From Rhodanobacteraceae bacterium (GTDB lineage Bacteria; Pseudomonadota; Gammaproteobacteria; Xanthomonadales; Rhodanobacteraceae), in contig JAACZU010000013.1 in the NCBI GenBank assembly GCA_009996615.1, forward strand, positions 27,990 through 91,989: a stretch of DNA of 64,000 nucleotides, given 5' to 3'. The notes below the pieces were generated by a model that was given only the letters and a program-made list of their open reading frames with translations, did no database searches and had not been told where the DNA came from. Positions 61,093 to 64,000 of this stretch are shown here, one piece after another. Each line of letters begins with the position of its first letter. Position 1 is the stretch's first letter. The translations under genes were made by a program, and so were the position numbers.

Positions 61093-61130
61093 AACAGGAA
61101 ACCCGGCGCAAGGCCGGGTTTCCTGTTTCT
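61093..61130. terminator. Bidirectional hairpin terminator between convergent genes
   Basis: AACAGGAAACCCGG / CCGGGTTTCCTGTT stem with a T-run on the + strand. Confidence 0.6.
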
Positions 61131-61152
61131 GGCTGGCGTCGCGACGCGCGGA

Positions 61153-61488
61153 TCAGCCCGCGGCGTCCTTGAGCTTCTTCAGCGGGCGCACCTTCACCTT
61201 CACGCTCGCCGGCTTGGCGGCGAACCAGCGCTCTTCCTTGGTGAACGGATCGATGCCCTTGCGCTTGGGCTTGGCCGGCACCGCGGTCGCGGTAATCTTG
61301 AGCAGGCCCGGCAGCGTGAAATGGCCCACGCCCTTCTTGTGCATCGAGCCGGCGATGGCCTGCTCCAGCGCCTCGAGCACGCCCTTCGCCGTGCGCTTGT
61401 CGGTGCCGGCCTCATCGGCCAGGTGCGCCACGAGCGCGGTCTTCGACAGCGCTTCGGTGATGGGCTTGGTCTTCTTGGCAGTTGCCAT
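61153..61488 (-). CDS. HU/IHF-family DNA-binding protein with Lys-rich tail
   Basis: Start at MATAKKTKPITEAL. HU-fold pattern ...GHFTLPGLLKI...RKGIDPFTKEE...KVKVRPLKKLKDA. Confidence 0.8.
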   Translation of the reverse strand: MATAKKTKPITEALSKTALVAHLADEAGTDKRTAKGVLEALEQAIAGSMHKKGVGHFTLPGLLKITATAVPAKPKRKGIDPFTKEERWFAAKPASVKVKVRPLKKLKDAAG

Positions 61489-61671
61489 GCGTATTCCTCG
61501 CTGGTTGGGTAAAGGGAATGGTAGGGCTTCCCACCCGGTTGCCCGCAACCGCTGCAGGACGCTCCCGCCGCGGGCCGGCAGACCGTGCCACATCGCCCTG
61601 CGCGGATCGTAGCAGCGATCCTGCCCGCGGATGCACAGGTTCGATCAGTTTGCCGTGCATCGTGCAGCGCA

Positions 61672-62526
61672 TCATCCGGCGGGCGCGTGTGCGGCGTCAT
61701 GCCCGGCCAGGTGGTCGCCCAGGCGCATCAGCGTGACGACGTCCTGGCGGTTGTGCTCGAGAACGCGCGCGAGGTTGCGGCTGGATTCGCCGCGCAGGAA
61801 CGAAAGCCACGCGGCCGGCGCCTCGGATCCGGGCAGGTCGTCCTCGCGCACGACGCGCAGCACCTCGCGCTCGATCGTGGCGAGCTTGCAGTTGGCGAAC
61901 ACGCCGCGGTAGCGCCGGCGCACCGGATGCAGCCAGTCCAGGTGCGGCAGTTCGGCCAGGCGGTGCTCGACGCGATTCAGGCGCAGGCGTCCCTTGAGCA
62001 GGGGCGCGTCGTAGCTCTTGCCGTTGTAGCTGACCAGGATCGTGTCCGCGCGCAGCCAGCTTGCGAACATTTCCAGCATCGCCGCCTCGCCGGCGAGCGT
62101 GGTGAGATAGAGCTGGCGCACGCTGAGGCGACCGTCCTGCCACGCGGCCGCGCCAATCATGAATGCGCGCGTGCCGACGCCGCCGGCCAGACCCGTGGTC
62201 TCGGTGTCGAAGCAGAGCAGGCGCTCGCGTTCGATCGGCTCGGCCAGCGCCGGCAGCGCGAGCCGCGGCGCGGCCGGGTAGGCGAACGAGCGCTCGACAT
62301 AGCGCACGCCGGGCGCGATCTCCTCACCGGCCGGCGCGGCCAGCGGCGCGCGCGGTGGTGTGCGGCGCAGCTCGCGCGCGCGGACGAGTTCGCGCAGCGC
62401 GTCGAATGCGGCGTGTCCGCGTGCGGGCGCCGCTCCCGCTGTGCGTGCCGGCGGCGGTTCGACGCGCGGCGCGGCTACGCCCGCGTCGGCGCGCAGGCGC
62501 GCGAGGCGTTCGGCCAGCGCGTTCAT
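61672..62526 (-). CDS. RNase H-like (YprB/MrfB-like) exonuclease domain protein
   Basis: ATGA overlap with the upstream helicase. LLCFDTETTGL and VSYNGKSYDAPLL motifs. Confidence 0.8.
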   Translation of the reverse strand: MNALAERLARLRADAGVAAPRVEPPPARTAGAAPARGHAAFDALRELVRARELRRTPPRAPLAAPAGEEIAPGVRYVERSFAYPAAPRLALPALAEPIERERLLCFDTETTGLAGGVGTRAFMIGAAAWQDGRLSVRQLYLTTLAGEAAMLEMFASWLRADTILVSYNGKSYDAPLLKGRLRLNRVEHRLAELPHLDWLHPVRRRYRGVFANCKLATIEREVLRVVREDDLPGSEAPAAWLSFLRGESSRNLARVLEHNRQDVVTLMRLGDHLAGHDAAHAPAG

Positions 62527-64000
62527 GCGCCGAGCAGCGCCAGCACGGTTGCGGCGAGTTCGCGCTGCGTCGATCCGCCACCGTCGTCGCCGGCCAGCAC
62601 CGGTCCGATGCAGGCCGGGCAGCCGCCGCTGCACTCGCAGGCCTCGACGAGGTCGAGCGCCGCGCGTACCAGCGCCGGCGCGCTGCGGAACAACGGCTCG
62701 GACAGGCCGATGCCGCCGGGGAAGTTGTCGTACAGGAACAGCGTCGGATGGAACGCGGCGGCCGCGTCCGGATCGGCCGGGCGGCCCTCGCCGTCGCGCC
62801 ACTGGCCGCGGCCCTGCGCATCGCGCGTGGCGAACCAGGCCGCGTCGCCCGAGCCGACTGCCTTCTGCACGTCGCGGCCGTCGGCCATCACGCGCACCTG
62901 CGCGACCGTGTGCAGCGCGTAGGCGGCGCCGAGGAAGCCGTCGAGCGCGTCCTGGCGGCTGGCGAACGCGCCATCGAGCACGGCCTGGCCGAGCTGCCAC
63001 CACAGCGCGGTCGTATGCAGTTCCTGGTCGGGCAGGTTGACCGGGCCGTAGCCGATGTTCTCGTGGCTGTAGAAGCGGATCTTCTTGTAGCCGGACACGC
63101 GCCGCACGACGTGCACCTCGCCGTGGTGGCAGGTGCCCTGGCCGGCGTTGGCGCCGTCGAAGCGGTCGAGCACCTTGAGCTTGGTGTAGTCGATCGCGTC
63201 GGTGTAGTAGTCGGCCTGCGTCGCGGTCACGAACGCCTTGCGGCCGTCCCAGTCGAGCCGCTCGACCTGGTACGGGCGCGACTGCACCATGTAGATCGCG
63301 CCTTCGTACAGCGTCAGCGCGGCGCTCGAATAGTCGACCTCGGCGATGATCGTCTGGCGGCCGTCCGTGCGGTCGACCACGACGAAGTTGCCGTCGGCGA
63401 CCGAGCGCAGGCTGACCGCGCCAGCCGGGTATGAATCGGCGATCCAGTCCCAGCGCGTGCCTTCCTGGTGCAGCACGCCCGACTCGGCCAACACGGCGAG
63501 GAAATCGTCGACGACGGTCTCGCCGAAGCGGTCGCCGGAGGCGAACGGCAGCTCGAACGCGGCGCAGCGAATGTGGTCGAGCAGGATCAGCAGCTGGTCC
63601 GGCGCGATGCGCGCCTGCTCGGGCGGCGCCGCGTCGAAGAACTCCGGATGGCGCACGACATACTGGTCGAGCGGCGCGCTGGTCGCGACCATCACGCCGA
63701 GCGAAGGCTGCTGGCGGCGGCCGGCGCGGCCGAGGCGCTGCCAGGTCGCCGCGATCGAGCCGGGGAAGCCGTTCAGGATCGCCACGTCGAGCGCACCGAT
63801 GTCGACGCCGAGCTCGAGTGCCGAGGTGCTGACCACGCCGTCGATCGTGCCGCTGCGCAGCGCGCGTTCGGTCTGGCGCCGCTCGGTCGGCAGATAGCCG
63901 CCGCGGTAGGCGCGGATGCGCTCGGGCTTGCGCGGATCGTGGTCGAACACGTCCTTCAGGTACTTCGTGAGCACCTCGACCATCAGGCGCGATTGCGCGA
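62523..64000 (-). CDS. DEAD/DEAH-box helicase with C-terminal DUF1998/MZB domain (YprA/MrfA-like); 5' end outside window
   Basis: Frame is open to the window edge. Helicase motif VI QRLGRAGRR. C-terminal four-Cys cluster CECSGGCPAC. Confidence 0.85.
   Translation of the reverse strand, partial: AQSRLMVEVLTKYLKDVFDHDPRKPERIRAYRGGYLPTERRQTERALRSGTIDGVVSTSALELGVDIGALDVAILNGFPGSIAATWQRLGRAGRRQQPSLGVMVATSAPLDQYVVRHPEFFDAAPPEQARIAPDQLLILLDHIRCAAFELPFASGDRFGETVVDDFLAVLAESGVLHQEGTRWDWIADSYPAGAVSLRSVADGNFVVVDRTDGRQTIIAEVDYSSAALTLYEGAIYMVQSRPYQVERLDWDGRKAFVTATQADYYTDAIDYTKLKVLDRFDGANAGQGTCHHGEVHVVRRVSGYKKIRFYSHENIGYGPVNLPDQELHTTALWWQLGQAVLDGAFASRQDALDGFLGAAYALHTVAQVRVMADGRDVQKAVGSGDAAWFATRDAQGRGQWRDGEGRPADPDAAAAFHPTLFLYDNFPGGIGLSEPLFRSAPALVRAALDLVEACECSGGCPACIGPVLAGDDGGGSTQRELAATVLALLGA

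Overview
Very GC-rich gammaproteobacterial chromosome segment (GC content judged by eye, not computed). Xanthomonadales hallmarks: an N-acetylornithine-carbamoyltransferase-type argF', a fused argA/B, and PilZ next to holB. Most of the window is core housekeeping. In order: an ompA-like 3' fragment, dxs, cysD-cysNC, slyD, an NlpC/P60 lipoprotein, a DadA-like oxidoreductase, a CocE/NonD hydrolase, gor, hemN-fnr, yhbY, rlmE-ftsH-folP, mgtE, ygfZ, sdhCDAB-sdhE-ygfX, maf, yceD-rpmF-fabH-fabD-fabG-acpP-fabF, pabB-mltG-tmk-holB-pilZ, sufE-cysS, argF'-argG-argE-argA/B-argC-argH. Three stretches look accessory. (i) 13.5-17.8 kb holds a secreted choice-of-anchor-J-like protein, a TPR-sulfotransferase, a small membrane protein and a truncated hemerythrin. 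(ii) 55.5-60.6 kb is a divergent glycoconjugate locus with a HAS/NodC-like GT2, a GT-C polytopic transferase, a PIG-L deacetylase and an alpha/beta hydrolase. (iii) The right edge carries an MrfA/MrfB-like helicase-exonuclease pair. I saw no rRNA, tRNA, CRISPR array or transposase. The most unusual signals are non-genic. First, a family of palindromic intergenic elements has arms made of tandem heptamers (GGGATTC/GGGGATT on one side, the C-rich complement on the other). These arms are G-quadruplex-competent, and several overlap stop codons or supply the first codons of essential genes (fabD, argG, argH, argF', pabB). Second, upstream of the arg operon there is a candidate Arg-codon leader-peptide attenuator: promoter, 34-codon ORF and mutually exclusive 1:2 / 2:3 / 3:4 pairings ending in a strong terminator. 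All start codons were chosen by eye from the ORF track and the sequence. No database search was run.
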